Below, in pieces: positions 37,447-52,299 of a stretch of 64,000 nt of DNA. Made by a program: the position numbers and the translations under genes. Each line of letters opens with the position of its first letter. Positions within the stretch are counted from its first letter, which is position 1. The notes under the pieces were generated by a model. That model was not told the origin of the DNA, made no database searches, and saw nothing but the letters and a program-made list of their open reading frames with translations. Location: the NCBI GenBank assembly GCA_011109175.1, contig RDEW01000009.1:981652-1045651 (forward strand), written 5' to 3'. Source of the DNA: Dicyema japonicum (Eukaryota > Animalia > Dicyemida).

Positions 37447-39230
37447 ATGAAAGTTGGGAAATTCTTTCTAAAGGAGAAAGAGTTTAGCAAGTTTCGAACA
37501 AATCGATGTGGGGATTTCCTCCAGCAGAATTGCAGTCGCCACAAGCCATTTGTTTGTCCTAAATGGCACTTTGAAAACCAATATCGGAGGATGAATATTC
37601 AGCATGAAGACGGGACTTTCAATTATTGTGCGGAGTTCTACTGCCCACACTACAATGAAATAAAGGGCGAATGTCCCCACGGAGAATCGTTGGGAGTGGT
37701 ATAATTTTAGTTGCCCATTTCTCCACAGAAATGTTGACGATTCCGAACGCTTGTTTCATCCAAGATTCTACAAAACCGCTATATGTTCCTCTGGAGTTGA
37801 CGACAGTGGGATTTGCACAAAAAATGGGGTCAACTGCCCATACTCACATTCCCAGGAAGAGCTCAAAGCTCCAGTTTTTGACATCCGGGAGTTCGTCATG
37901 GACAATTACATAGACTGCACCACCAACGATTTCTCTCCCCTCTCCCTGGACGACTGGTCTAAGCTTATGGCGGAGAAAACGCCTTACAGTACCCCCATTT
38001 TGTTGAATAGACGCCGAGTATATTTCCGTGACCTACAAAACAGAGGCGTGTCGAAAACCAGCACGTTTATGCAGACAGGGCTTCGCATGTCCTTACTACC
38101 ACAATTCCAAGGACAGACGGAGAAGTCCTGAGAAATTCAAATACGAGTAATCCGAAGTTGTCTATTTAAGTGCGTCGGCGTGTTCATTCGTCAAGTTCGG
38201 TCAGGAGTGGATGGACCCTAAATTGTGTAAGAATGGGGATCTTTGCTTCACTGTCATACGAGGACTGAACAGCAGTTTCACCCACGTGTTTGTTTTATTT
38301 TTGGGATTTTAGGTGTACAAGACTTCCAAATGCTCCGATCTGACTGCCCGTCGGTATTGCCCCCGACGACAGTTCTGCGCTTCGCCCACTCCGTTGGTTT
38401 GCCGTTCCGTGATTTTAGCCGAGAAGAACAAACACTTTGAGGCAATCCCTGAACCTACCATCTCTTTGCCAAGAAAGGAACCGCCAAATTCTTACGATGA
38501 ATCTCGTCCTTGGTGGGTAAATAAGGTCAATTTTTCTCCCTCTGCTTACTCCACCACCAGTGTACAAGTTGGGTACTAATCTGATCCTTTTAGTGTTTAA
38601 ATCTGATCCCCCAAAGTCTTCACTGTGAGCCTCATAAATTACAGAACGACTCCGGGTATTCCTGTGGTAATCCGAATCACGCCATCCGCCCAAATTCATT
38701 CAGCATACAGTTAAATCTCAATGTATGTTGTTTATGTCAACTTAGCGGTCTTATTCCTGCACAAGCGTGGATTCGTTCTCCACGAGGAGCTTAGTTAGGG
38801 ATCCGAAGAAAACGGGCTCGGACACACCCATTTCAAAAATGACCCGTCAGACAGATTTTTCCACAAAAATTGACTGTCTTTCCAACGTACTTTGCTTTTT
38901 GAGGTGTAGGCCTTGGAAGGCTGGAAGAAAGACTCCGACGTCGCCAAACGAAGGATCGAGGCCGCCGAGGGGCAAATAAGATCTGTAATCAAGGTCACTA
39001 ATTGTTAGATTTCTCAGAGAATCTACGCTAGTAATGACCACGAATTGGCTGAGGTTAACAATATTTGAAGAATTTAAGAAATATATCAAGGACTCCTTCA
39101 ATCTAGACAAAAAGTCTGTTTCTGAGCTGATGTGTCTTTTGGATGGACTCAAGGCCCAGCTTAGAGTTTATGAAATTGTATTACCTTGCTTATTTCTCCT
39201 AGAAAGTACGCTTCGAGTCATAATTAGTCG
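37447..39230 (+). CDS. UNK: Unkempt-family CCCH zinc-finger RNA-binding protein (frameshifted; 3' end uncertain)
   Basis: KFRTNRC..QQNCSRHKPFVCPKWHFENQYRR...DGTFNYC..YNEIKGECPHGE; FHPRFYKTAIC..CTKNGVNCPYSH; CHTRTEQQFHP; YKTSKCSDL..YCPR. Confidence 0.93.
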
Positions 39231-40873
39231 AAATATATTTATTTTGATATTCCAAGTTGTTTTAGTCTACCACAAATTGGTTTTTTGTTTTTGTCATTGT
39301 GGTTAAATCAAATTATGGCTATTATATGCTTAGTAGATTAATACTCAGTCTTCAGGTCGCTGGGTAATTTATCTGACTGTTATTCCCTCAAGATAGGGGT
39401 ATCTATCGTCTCTGATATTTATGTAGAAACTAATAGGCTCAGAAAGGTCGTATTGGCTGAATAGATCATTCATCTCTTACTTGGCCCACTTAGTCAACGT
39501 GGTGACATTACATTAATGATACTCTCACTTGCCTTGACAAAGAAGGATTTTATGAAAATCTTGAGGAGATCCGTCATTTCTCCTCTAGAAAAACCTGGTG
39601 TCTTCTCACATATCTTTCTCACTACTGTCGTTATTGTGAGAAACCAGGAACCCATTTGGAAATCTTTCATGTGGTAGTTACAGATCAGCCCCGAAGAAGG
39701 ACACTCTGATTGAGTTCCTTGGCAGAGCTTCGCAGATTCACGGTATTGGACTATTTGTGCGAATAAGCTGGGATCAGCTAATTGGCTGTCCTCTTGCAGA
39801 TAAGAGTCATCTCCTATGATCTGTCACGTGCTACACCATCAAAAAATAACTCCGTATCATCATGCTGTTCAAGCATCAGAATACCATTATTTCGCATTTT
39901 GCTGGAATCATTAGACGCTGATGCCTATTAGGAGACTATTCCTACATTTAAGACATCAATGTAACAAACCATATTCAAAATTCGTCGATAAACAGTAAAA
40001 TTATATATAACCAGCAAATTTAGTGTTAATATCGAAAACGACAAAATGGATGACTAACTTTGGATCACATAGCAACACTCTAGTAAAACAAGAGGGGAAA
40101 CATATAAAAGAAAGACCTTCAATCAAGTAGCTACTGGTGGTAGTGAACTATAGCTATCAAATTGGTATGACATCCTAACTCCTCAGTAACCAGGTTAAAG
40201 GAGTAAGGCTATTCTTAAACACAAAGAGACAATCAACTTAAAAGACTATACTAACGTGTAAATTGCAGTATTCGTATAGCCAACTGCAATGAGGCCGACA
40301 TCACTTAGAATATTGGTAGTAAATTCTAATAAACAGTCTTAGGGAATTACGGTACTGTAAAACGAATTATGAAAGCTTATAATGACTACCTAATCCTAAG
40401 CTTGAATAACATGAGTGGAAGTATTGGTTCAATAAAAAGTGGATACCAAGATAGCAAAAACCAACTTAAAACTGGTCAAGTACCCCTATCCTTGAATTTT
40501 ACCTCATTATAAATAACATTCAACATAAAATAGCTTATTTGTGAATATCTGTGGTTTGTATGTAAAAATTAGAAATTTGAGCGTTTAGGTAAATTTCACA
40601 ATCACGTAATCCCAAGATGAGGTAATTTTGTTATATAGACAGCATAATTTAGAGTTCATTTAAAATAAAAAAATGGGAAAGATAAGAATAGGGAGATTAG
40701 AATCGGCGAACGTATTTGATCGAAATATGATTTTAATTTTTCTGAGATTGTGACGATAAAATAAAGTTTTTGATTATATTTTATTTAAATAAATAAAATA
40801 AAATAAAAATAATTTAAAAAATAAATTTAAATAAATAAAATTTTTTGTGCTGACCTTAAACTTATCAATTTTT

Positions 40874-41800
40874 ATGAGTCCACGTCGTTTACCCCGACAA
40901 ACCAGATCTGATGCTCCTCCAGCTCAAATCCCTACAGGATATCGATACGCACGACCACAGAGGCTCGAGATGGAGATACCATCTCCGTACAACCCACTAC
41001 GTTTATCCCCTACTTATTAAAGTCCCCAACCAAATCCCAGGAATCTGCAACACCTTCACTCTTCCGTACTGCCTCCAACCAGGATATTTACGTAATAATT
41101 ATCTTTATCCTTTAGCGATTCCAAATATCGTTCCCCCAAACATTGCATTTTGTCCTCAGGCCCCCTTTCCTTACAACTTTTCCTTTCCAGGCATTCAGCC
41201 TCAGATTTTTGTGCCTCAAAAACAGCAGAAAATTCAAGCAGTGGCCCAACCTCCCCATCAACTTATGTCCCATCATGGAATCTCCCAACCAATTTTTCTC
41301 CAAGAATACCCTCACGAGGTGCAACCAGTTCATTCGGTTCTTGCTTCTATGGATTCCGAAAAACTGGTACCTCAGCTTACCATGGAGCCCGAAGAGCCTC
41401 AGACTCAACCTATTTGCGCTGTCCCCGAGGTTGAAGCACCAAGCGAATCAGCAGTTCAGATGATGTCTTCTGTGAATTCCCCAGATACGTGCCTGATCTC
41501 CGACATCACGGAGAGTGAGGAAACTGTGGAGGAACAGAAACGTCCCTGGGAGAAAATTGGGTACCACTACCTCAAGAAGGATTGGTATAACCGCCCTTCT
41601 TCAATAAATAAGGTTCCCAAGTCTCACCCAATGGAGATAAAGGACCACTACTTGAAGCTAAAGATTCACACAAAGTTTCTGGTTGTATGGTCCCTTATTT
41701 AGAAATCCATCTTTCGGAAGAAGATTCCCATCCTGCAGATGACGAAAGATATGCTGGTCGAAAGCAATCTTTACAGTGACTCTCTATATATGGTTATTGA
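40874..41800 (+). CDS. Pro/Gln-rich hypothetical protein
   Basis: 263-aa ORF 40911-41702 followed by 21-24 nt intron-like segments. No family recognised. Confidence 0.55.
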
Positions 41801-44800
41801 GGTTGATGGTGATGGTAGTTTAGGGGTCTCTGAATAAACTTATTGGATGTTGTGACGATCTTTGTAAAGTGGAGATTTCGGTGAACAAAATTCTGAGACA
41901 TCAGAAGATTTTGCATCATATTATTCTGAGTGTGGAAAATGATGAATTTACTTATATTCGCTGATTTTTTATTCTATTTTGTGTAAATTAATATTTTTTG
42001 ATTTGTTTGTCTTGGGGTTTATACATGAAGCATTGAGTGCTTAATCCGTTGTCCCCTTCTCGACCAGTCTGCAATCCGGAATACTGGGTTCTTCACTCTC
42101 TACGGCGTCCCTAATCGTTTATCTGTGGTAGAAGGTGAAACTCGTAAATACTGAAAGAAACTCCCATCTCTTCAACTAAAGAGGATCGTCGTGGCTACAG
42201 AAAAGCAGAAGGACCATGAAGGAATATTGTCATAACCTCGAATTTGATGTGGAATACTGGAATCACTCAATTGGTTGATTTAACTCCTTCTTTCTTGATG
42301 TTCCTTTTTTCGGTGTTACATAACGGTTAGGTAACAGTCATTTGTAGTGAGGTATGGTGGATCAGGTTCACATCCACAAAGCTTTTTTTTGAGAGTACTG
42401 TTAAGCCAAATTACAACCTCGTAATCCACCATACACGTGTGAGTTAAATAGGATTTTCTTCCTAGGTTTGTATTGATTCGCTCACTTGAAAGAATTTTGT
42501 GTTTTTTATTTGGCCAATGAGAGGGGGTTAAGTGGTGTCAATTTTTGTGAAGCATGGGAATCTTAGGTTCACGGCCACCTATCTTTCTTGAACGGATGAT
42601 AGCTTTTTCGTAAGGTTTAACTCTAAAAAGCGCTAAGGGAAGCTATCATCACTTAGTTGGCATTGACTCCTTTCTTGGTGATATTGGGGTTTTTTAAATA
42701 AAATTAGTAAACAGTTCTCGTCATTGAGAGTGTATTCCCTCCTACATTTGTATTAAAATGGGCTTATCATTCATCCGCGATACCTTCCAGTTTACACAAG
42801 ATCACCGTTATCACTATTGCTCTTCAACATGCTCCTCAGTTACCTCCCATCCTTAACCACCAAAAACACAATTCTTTTATCGTATGCGGATGATCTAGTA
42901 ATAGAGGGAAACATCGAAGAATCGAGGAGACGACATGGTCCGTGCAAGATCTACCAAACCTGATGGGTCTTTGGTTCCTGAAGAACCGTCTGAATATATC
43001 ACAAGTAAGTCACATGTATCACCAAGAAAGTCACATAGTTACCTCAGAACGAACGGACAACGTGTATGACTCCCCGCTTTCTATAGATACCGAGTCATGT
43101 GGCAATGTAATTTTACTTGCTAAAGATAGGCCACAACGAGTAGGAGAGCGTGGAGTAGCTTAGAAGCCATGGCGTATGTGAGTTTTTAACATTTTTGTAA
43201 TAAAAAACCTGTAGATTCTATATATTTTTGATTTCCCATGAATCGTAACTGAAATACAATTTTTGAATCTGTGCAGCTGTTTTATTGTGAATAATCTTGT
43301 TTTTGATTTTGGCATCCTTTATCGAAGAATTAAGATCGACATTTTTAAACTATCCCCCGATTTGTAGAGATTTAAAACTCAAACTTCATTAGCAAATATC
43401 ATGTATTAGTGTACTCACATGTATCTCCGAGTTTGTCTTATCAAAACAAAAACTTTGTCAACCCTATAATAAGCAGAAGACAAACATCAAAATAACTTCG
43501 GTTAAGTTGGCATATATTTTATAAACTATTCGGCAATCGTATGGGAAAGGAAGATGATGTCGATACCCTCAACAAATCTTGTAAGGTTCACCTCATGCAA
43601 GGGAAATTAGATTATACAAAGCCTTAGTGACCGTATTGATGAGAGTCGGTAGATGGGATGAGAAAATCAGATATTTTAACACTGGCACACGTGGAATACT
43701 GCTAGAAATGATAAACCTGTTAGTTTGATATGTTTCTGGACGAATAATTCAATAAATGTTTTTGCAGGTGTGCCACATCAATTCCACATCATATCCCAGG
43801 GTATTTTCTGACAACAAGTCTTCTTGGTCGAACACGGCATTACAGTAACAATTTATTTATTTACAAACCCACATACCAACAAGAAAGGTTAAACCCACTG
43901 ATTGGGATATCCCAGTCTTCCATATCTCCTTGAATGTTTCGCCAGTGACCCAAATGCCGTCCGGATGTGCCTCCAGTGTGTCTGCAGAGGAATTCTATCG
44001 GGAAGTACATTTTATGGTCGATCGGAATTCTTCTACACCTTTCCCTGAATAGATTTCCTAGCTCCTAAAGAAACATAAGAAATCCTGGCCATTTCTCAGC
44101 GTCGCCTCCTGTTTTACATGTCTCTAAAAATCTCAGAAAAGCTAAACTTGCTTTCGGCAGTGTAAGGATCGTGATTTGGTCAGAGAAAAGAAAGTATAAA
44201 TTGTCTACAGAAAATTTATTACAAAAACTTTGAATTATGCAGTTCTAGACTGAAGAACTTGTCTGTCTTTTAAAACTACTTAAAAATTAAAAAATCTATA
44301 ACTATGTCCCAAAAATCCAAAATTGTTCTTAAAGTACCCCAACGGATCACCTCAATTGGTAGTCCAAAATATTCTAATTAGTGATCGACGCCTCCCTGCA
44401 CAAGACCGGACATGCAAAGTCACATTTAATGATCACGAATAAAAGACAGTAATGAGGTCAAACAGTTAAGTGATCTCAGTTCCCATTCAAACAATCAAAT
44501 GCCTAATCCAGTGTGACTACCTTACTAAAGAGCCTTCTCTCATTCTTGGAGATGTACCCAATTGGAGATTTATGATTGCAAGTCGGCATTTATTTTTTGT
44601 TTTTATGACATTAAGTTAACTTCATTAAAACGTTAAGTGATTTTGAACAGTAATATATCCGATTTGTAAAAGAATTGATTTATTTTATAAGACGAGCAGA
44701 CGAATCGCCGACAAAACGAGCAGTAAAGGATTCCGATTCCATAAGCAAAGTATTCCATCGGTATTGGCGATTAAGGGTTGGGTCGCAGGAGTAAATGCTT

Positions 44801-46679
44801 GTCAAAATAATATGGTAAATGTTTATAGATAGCATGTGCAGTCCTTCTGAAGAATAGAGAGATCAAGCGAACTGACATTATTCAACTAGCTCGTTTACTA
44901 TCACCTTCTCTCTTGATATTTCTTGGGGTTATGTAAACAAAATGAAATACATGGTACTTACGCATTAACACGTGGAGCCTAAGACACAATTTTAAGTGTC
45001 AGTCTCTACAATCCTACTCTATTGTTACTCAGTAATCTCACAGAGACAATGTCTTCGGCTGTTTTCAACCTTGATGTAGCATTTTTAGGTCATTATTTAA
45101 AAAAAAAATTTCAGAGTTTATCTAGGACTTCCGTGGAAGTAACTCTTTTAAAAGCATAATGGCTTTCTATGGCTATATTTACGCGTGAGGAAATGTCATT
45201 ATCAAAACATGTGGCAGTTACCAAGGAGAATCTATATTTCTAAAGTTATTACGATTATAGTTATATTTGACTGATAGTATAGAGGGACGTTTTTGTTATA
45301 CAAGTCCTGCCGTAACTAGGACTCTTCTTAGTGTCCTCTTCCAACTATACTGATATGTTGGATATAAGCATATCGTCGGCAAATGATAGCAGTCTGACTT
45401 GGACAGTTAGGTATAAGGATAGTTCCCATGATAATTCTAAACAGTAAAATGCTGAAGATAAACTGTTGTGAGACTTTTACCTTCATCTCTACTCCATTTG
45501 CGCCAAAGTTAGTATGCTGCTAGGGAGCAGCATGAATTGAAGATAATTTGTTTGATTACTCTTTTCTTCGTCTTCCCTTTTGGCTCCAGGAAACTATAAT
45601 TATTAGCGTGCGTCATGTGGTTCACCACATCTGGTGACGCCAGATATAATCCTAAATTGTATCCAAAAAGAACCATTAATCAACAACCAACCTCGTAATT
45701 CACGAATAGAACGCTAACGAAAAATCCAGGCATATCAAATTCAGATAGCACGTGGAATTTATGTTCTACTTATGAACTAGGATGGTCAACAATTACCCAT
45801 ACCCAGGTGAAAGGCAAATTGTTGATCCCTTAAAATCTTCTATTTAGTTGAATGCAGTCTCAATCTTGAATTAAACACGTTCCTGATGAATTCATATTAA
45901 AAATCAGGAATTTCTTTTAACATTCTTTTTTTGATAGTGATTTATTTTTGCAATTCTTTTTTAAACTATTTTCACTTTTGAGAGTGAGATCTCCAGTAGT
46001 CCATAGTAAGTCACCAGGAGGTACAGTTTATCCCAATAGCGGCCTCCCTTATACATCTCCAAAAATTTTGAGTTGGGCATCAAAGGCAAAATGCTCCCCG
46101 TCTTAGAGATGGTAGGAAGATCTCTTTAACAACTTTGTCGTGCCGGTGGAATCTGGGTGAAGATAATAAACTTTTGTGAAATATCCCTCCTTCACATTTG
46201 AACCCAGGATAGTCAGATCTGATGTCAATAGACAATTTGTTCAACCAAGAAGGTCTGATATTCTAGTTAAGGTGATTTTAAGCGTCAGTTTAGAATTAGA
46301 GAATGATTACATGAGTTGTGAGCATGTCACTGAGGTGAAGATTGAAAAGAGGGAGAGGGCTGATCCAAGAAGGGCATCATATGAAAAATTGCTGAAAAGA
46401 GACATGTGGAAATGTAAACAGGTTTGACCAGTCTCTCACATAAAATTTGTAAGCCAAGGTATAGAGACATAATTAATAGATAGATTTAATCTATTTTTAA
46501 AAGATCATAGTAATATGCGATTGTTAGCCACGATAGTTTTTTCAGAAGAAAAGGAATTGCTAAGTCCGTTACTATTTAATTTGAGTCAGGAATGAAGCCA
46601 TCAAGAATGTTATTAACTGTTTTATTTTTTGTTGCATTGATTTTTATTAGTTAGCATATATCTTTTTTATTTTGTAATC

Positions 46680-47130
46680 CAAGACCACGGTAAAATCAAC
46701 TATCACGTGATTCTGATACGTCCCAACATCGACCTCACTTAGCCTCCCACGTGCCCGCGCATAATGATTCTACTGATTTTACGAGGCCGCATTCCCGTAA
46801 TCTGGAGTCAAGTCTAATAGGGAACTCCTAGGGCATCGGTCCGGTTCAGTGATCTCCACAAATCCAACTCTCCTTTCCACTGAAAACCCTTTTTTGCATT
46901 TCCTCAATCTTCATCATATTTGTCCAAAAAATGTATGGTCCCCACGAGGCCAATTCATATGAGAAACAAGGCTCGATGTACTGTCAGTAGACGTTCATAA
47001 AGACCGTGTGAGCCCCGATCTTCCATATTCCCGATAAACTTTTTAATACGTTCAGTTTCTTTTCGCAAGAAAATTTTAACGTGTGGTGATAATCAAAGAA
47101 GCACATCAAGTGTCATAACCAAAATTTTTT
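46680..47130 (-). mobile_element. Degraded LINE 3' end (same family as 15075-15680)
   Basis: ccacggtaaaatcaactatcacgtgatt matches the family 3' end; KILVMTLDVLL..SPHV. Confidence 0.7.
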
Positions 47131-47231
47131 ACATATTTCGAAAAGGATGGCGACCTTGTTTGACTTAAAGGTAAAAATTTATTTATATAAAATAAAATAA
47201 ATATTATTTAAAATTTAAATAATAATATTTG

Positions 47232-48154
47232 ATGTATCGTGCAAATAAGTACAGAAGTAGATTTTTAACTGCAAATGACAATGTCTTCTCATTTAACGCC
47301 TGGGATAACATTACATTAGATGATTCCTTCATTTCCAACGCTAAGGAAATTATATCCAAACAAGAATCCACCATTCAAAACCCTCCAAACCATGTTAGTG
47401 ACCAATCTGAATGTTGGGACTCGTTCTACGACAAACACAATTCAAACTTTTTCAAAGTAAGAAATTGGCTCCATAAGGAAATTCCCTCGTTACATTCAGA
47501 TAATCCCCCCAAACGCATCTTCGAGGTAACCATCATGTTAATATTATAGGTTGGATGTGGGACAGGTAGTGTTGTGTTTCCCCTTCTGGACAGTCTATCC
47601 AAGTAATTATTATGTTAATGTAGTACCTCCCATATATTCTGCTGTGATTTATCTCCCATTGCAGTTGATATCCTTAAGAAGAACAAATCATTTATCCCTG
47701 ACCAGTGTACTCCATTCCAATTTGATCTGACCAGTCTTCTCCCTTCCCCTTCCCAGAGGACTCTATAGATTTGCTGACTTGTATATTTGTGCTCTCAGCC
47801 ATTCCCCCGGACAAGTAGACTAATGATCTCACTTAGATTAAAAGAGGTGGTGGATAGACTGGTAAAGTGCGTAAGGTCTGGTGGTGAAATATATTTCCGT
47901 GATTACGGAATGTATGATATGACTCAACTGAGATTTAAGGTGGTTATATTATAATGTAGAACTGTGTTAATGAGGGATTGTATAAGAGAGGGGATGGAAC
48001 ACTTGTTCATTATTTCAGAAGGGAAGAGGTGGAGGATCTATTTGGTGGTCTTATTATGAGTGAATGTTTTGAGGATAAAAGACTAATCATCAACAGGAAA
48101 AGACAACTTAGAATGTACAGAGTCTGGATTCAGGCTAGATTTATTAAACCTTAA
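47232..48154 (+). CDS. METTL2: METTL2/Trm140-like tRNA m3C methyltransferase
   Basis: NVFSFNAWDN; WDSFYDKHNSNFFKVRNWL; IFE|VGCGTGS; CCDLS; FVLSAIPPDK; GGEIYFRDYGMYDMTQLRFK; RGDGTLVHYF; NRKRQLRMYRVWIQARFIKP*. Confidence 0.93.
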
Positions 48155-50040
48155 TTTATATTTTAATATGTTTTTACAAATTATGTTATATTTTCATATT
48201 AGTACAATTAGTAAACTTGAGGGTATCCAGTTCCCACTTTCAGAGAAAACAGTCGTTACAAAGTCACTCCTACAGTAGAGTAGGGTGAATGAATGATGCC
48301 ACTCTATTTGAAAATGGAAGGAGAAACAGAAGTCTTTAAGATGGCATCACTCGGCCAATATATAGAGTGCATTGCCTGTTACGATGTGTATGGAAATGAT
48401 TCAGTTATCCATCCCTCTTCTCGGTTGTCCATATTTTTGCCACCAACGATCAAATGAAAGAAATAAGATTTGTTTAACGCTTGAAATTTCGTACTTTAAC
48501 GAATACCTCATTTTTTCTATAAAAGTTTTTTGTTTTCGCTTGGGTCGAACTTGACTGAGTGTGCTCTTACAAGAAAATGGTTGTCAAAGTTATGTCAGAA
48601 AGGAAGTTAGAAAGGATATTATATTTGTTTTATTGATACTCGCAAGGACAAAAGTTTGTTTAAATAGTCAATGAGGCATACTTTCAGATATATTCTATCT
48701 TGAATTTGTCCTCGACATTTTCGCTTCTGGGCTGGATCTGAGTTTTCCTTCTGCCATTTTAACCTTAAAAATTTAACTTTATTTTCTTAGTATTTTTTTC
48801 ATTAAAATTTTTTAAATAATGAATTTTTAAATAATGATTGTAATTAACACAACAATCCATCGAAAGTGGTCCTCGCCGATATTATCGACGTCGCGTTGCC
48901 TCTCACGGTTGCAACGAAGATCAGCCTGGGAAGCCACCTAGTCTCACGTTTTTATCAGCATTAAAAATATTTTAAACATTTAAAGAATTTAACGAAGCTG
49001 TTAGATGCATCTGCATTTATGTAGAATGTATGGCATTAATAAATCTTAAACCTATAAAAACACACTCAGTTCGATCAATTGTTACGACGCAGAGGGTGGA
49101 AATCCGAGTTAACTTTCCAATTGGAAAAGTGGGCAACTCATAAAGTCAGAGAAAGTCGAAGTGAAGTGAATGGCTGTTGAGACCTCGTAAGAGAAGGAGG
49201 ATACGTTAGTTTTGTCTAATCATATTTAACATTATTTATTTATACGATTACACAAATTATAATTGAAAAACTATTTATTACAAATATCATGCAACTTCAA
49301 TGTTTTTGGCTAAAATTACGCTTATATTTCAATAAACAATTAAACAACGTGAAGGATTTTCAGCGGATGGAGAAAATGGCTGGAAATTTGGCAGCGGAAC
49401 ATATTGTTGTGGGAAGACTGAATCTTTAGTCATGTTGATAATTTCGATATACCATTGGATAGCCTTTGTAGTTTTTTATTTTGTCATCATTTCCAAATCA
49501 ATAGACGTTAATTCAATATAAGCATATTCAATCGTACAAACTGAACTTTATAATATTCATAGTGTTAACCAGGAATTATAGTGAGGTAATTGAATATAAA
49601 CCATAAACTTAGAATATTTTTTTTTCAAAAGTTATATGTCGCGAGCGCTGAGTGATGACAGGTGATTTGACAGAGACTCAAATGCACGTGGGATTATTCT
49701 CATTTTTAGTTCTCTTGTTGACGCTTAATTTTTTCAAATGTCTTCCGGATCAATCACTTGATCATTCACAAGAGAAGGTTTGAAAGATGAGGACATCTCG
49801 TAAAATAGAGATACGTCAGCCATTTATATTAGTTAACCTGATTATTTGGTTTGTAATCATCAATTTTCCTCTATCGGCTCTAAAGAACTTTGAAAATGCT
49901 TTAAAATCGAGTGTAAATCACAATTTTCGCAAAAAACATAGAGATTTATATTTTATTATAATTTTTAAAAATAAGCAAAACATTTAGAAACCTGATATGG
50001 ATTTTCGTTTTAACTGGACTAACTAATCAAATTTAATTTA

Positions 50041-50243
50041 TCCACCTGTCTAGGTGGCGCCCAATGCCAGGCCGGACGAAAAAGGATCATTTGCTATCCC
50101 CCACTCCAATGGAGGGGTTTCCACAACTGCAACTATGGACGTTTTTTACTTTTTATCCTGATTCCGGATGGACTCTGTTTCTGTAAAAGTGGAAACTAGT
50201 TGTTTACTTTAACTTCTTTCTCGGTGTAGCCGGGGTTAATAAA
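50041..50243. repeat. Interspersed repeat family B, 5'-truncated copy
   Basis: ccccactccaatggaggggtttccacaactgc...tccggatggactc...gtggaaact...gtgtagccggggttaa. Confidence 0.8.
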
Positions 50244-50790
50244 TAAATTTAACACAGTGGCTAACCTAATTAATATTGCCGCCAATTTTTGGTTATTTAA
50301 ATATTTTTTGTTGTCCATAAATTTTGATTAAACTAGATTAATATGCAAAGCATGACAGTCAAATAGACAAAAATTAATATTTGCAAAGAAAATGAAAACG
50401 TTACATAATAATTATAACACTCTAGGTCTATTGACAGTAATAATACTTACAAATTTGTAAAACTGATTTAAGAACTCGAAATTCAATGCAAACTATTATA
50501 CAAGGAAAGCGTTTCTGGAATAATTCGCTGTGTGGTCATTCCTATTCTAAGTATTTGTATTTAGAATTTTCTAGAAGACTTACTTGCTTACAAACTCTAT
50601 GATTTAGTATGCAGATTCATAGTGGTTTGACGATGGCTCGTTGATTTAGAACATGGGGGAAGCCAATAAAAGGCTCTTAATTCAATTGGTGCCCAGTCTG
50701 GTACCCATGTTAATGGTTCTGATCATTTCGTCAGATAAACTGACTGCTTTAGACGTATTCTTATAATTAAAGGTTCATATTCTAAATTCT

Positions 50791-51020
50791 GGGTGGCTTA
50801 GTGGTTAGGTGTCGGGCTTAAGTGGCTTAGGCTACGGGTTCGAATCTCTCTGCTGTTCACCTGGTGGAAGGTTCCACGCATCTACGATGCAGAAATGGTT
50901 TGACGAGTGACGCCGTCATCAGTGAATACTCACTGCGGAACTGGATTGTCTAGAAAGGACTCTCACACAAGTAAAAGAAAAAAAGAAGTGAAGATCATTC
51001 CTTGGTTCTACGATTAGTTA
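50791..51020 (+). mobile_element. tRNA-derived SINE family 1, best-preserved copy
   Basis: A-box TGGCTTAGTGG and B-box GGTTCGAATC, conserved body, 3' ttccttggttctacgattagtta. Confidence 0.8.
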
Positions 51021-52299
51021 AAATTAACTGTTCTTTACTTAAATAAAGTGTGTGTCTGCCTATGCGGAGCTATAAATACTATGGCTCTCGTGAAAAGGCT
51101 TTATTATTATTATTTCTAAATTCTGTGAAGACTATGATATCTCTGTGTCCCAAACAGCTATTTGAGATGTTGAATCACGTCAAACAAACTGATGAACTTA
51201 GAATAATCTCCACGACAATGTTCTCACTTTTGGCGGTTTTTTTATTCAAATATAAAAGATTTTGTACATCAGTTGGAAATTACTTCGTGGACTTGTCTTG
51301 TTGAGATTGATCAGGCTACTCCACTTTTGTACTTTATTATTATATTTTTAGATTCATCTTTTGTGTAGAATTCCTGCTTGTTTGCCCGACATATCTGATT
51401 GTCTCCTCCCCGAAGTTAAAGTATTGTCGGGGTTTCCGAAAATAAGTCATGGGTTTACTTTATCGTTTGCTCGCTTAGATGACCTTACCTCTGTTTTGGC
51501 ATTAGAATCCTTGAATACAGTCGCCTCCATGCGCTTAGATTAGCGATTGGTTGTAAAGGGGCATTCACATTTTTTCGGTGAAACTTCCTAGAATTTTGAT
51601 CATTTTATACTTTGTGATAGGAATAATGGTATTGTTGCAATTATATGATAGACTGTTGACCTAATGTTTAGTCACGGTGATGATGCTATTCTGATTAGAA
51701 TAAACTAACTCGATTGAAGTCCGTGTGTTTTGGATAATCTTTGGAGATTGGATTAGAACAAAAGGATTTGACATTGAGAAATGTAAGAAACATCTCAAAC
51801 TAACAAATTTATCATTTTTGTTACTATTCCACAATTTCTAAAATATGTGATTTTCTACTGACTCCTTGATCGATAATCCGATATTCCTTCTCATAAGTTA
51901 ACGGTAAAATTTTACAAGACTTATTTGAAGGTATTGGACATTATCTTGGGTCTTGTCGAAAAAACTGTAGAAAAATTTCAGAATTATGCCATCTTTGAGG
52001 TTTTTCACTTGCATTTATTGTAGAGCTGAAAATAGTTTTTATTTTAATAATGATTAGTTTTTTTTGTATTAAAAATTATATAAATTTGCCATAGCCCAAA
52101 AAGGTGTAACTTTTAAATTCAATAAATCTACTTTCAAGTCAACATTTTGTATTAATTAACTCAAAAAAATTTCTTTGTCAGGAAAGAGATCACAGATAGC
52201 GTGGAAGTTAATTTGACAACATAACCCACTGAATATTTTTGTTTTCAATCCGCCTGAACATTGGAGTAGTCATGATTATGAATATATACACTTTTCCTC

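Noticed and set aside
50791-50860. tRNA gene (also 32820-32886)
   Set aside because: A and B boxes are present but I could not fold a cloverleaf. Both continue into repeated SINE bodies and tails.
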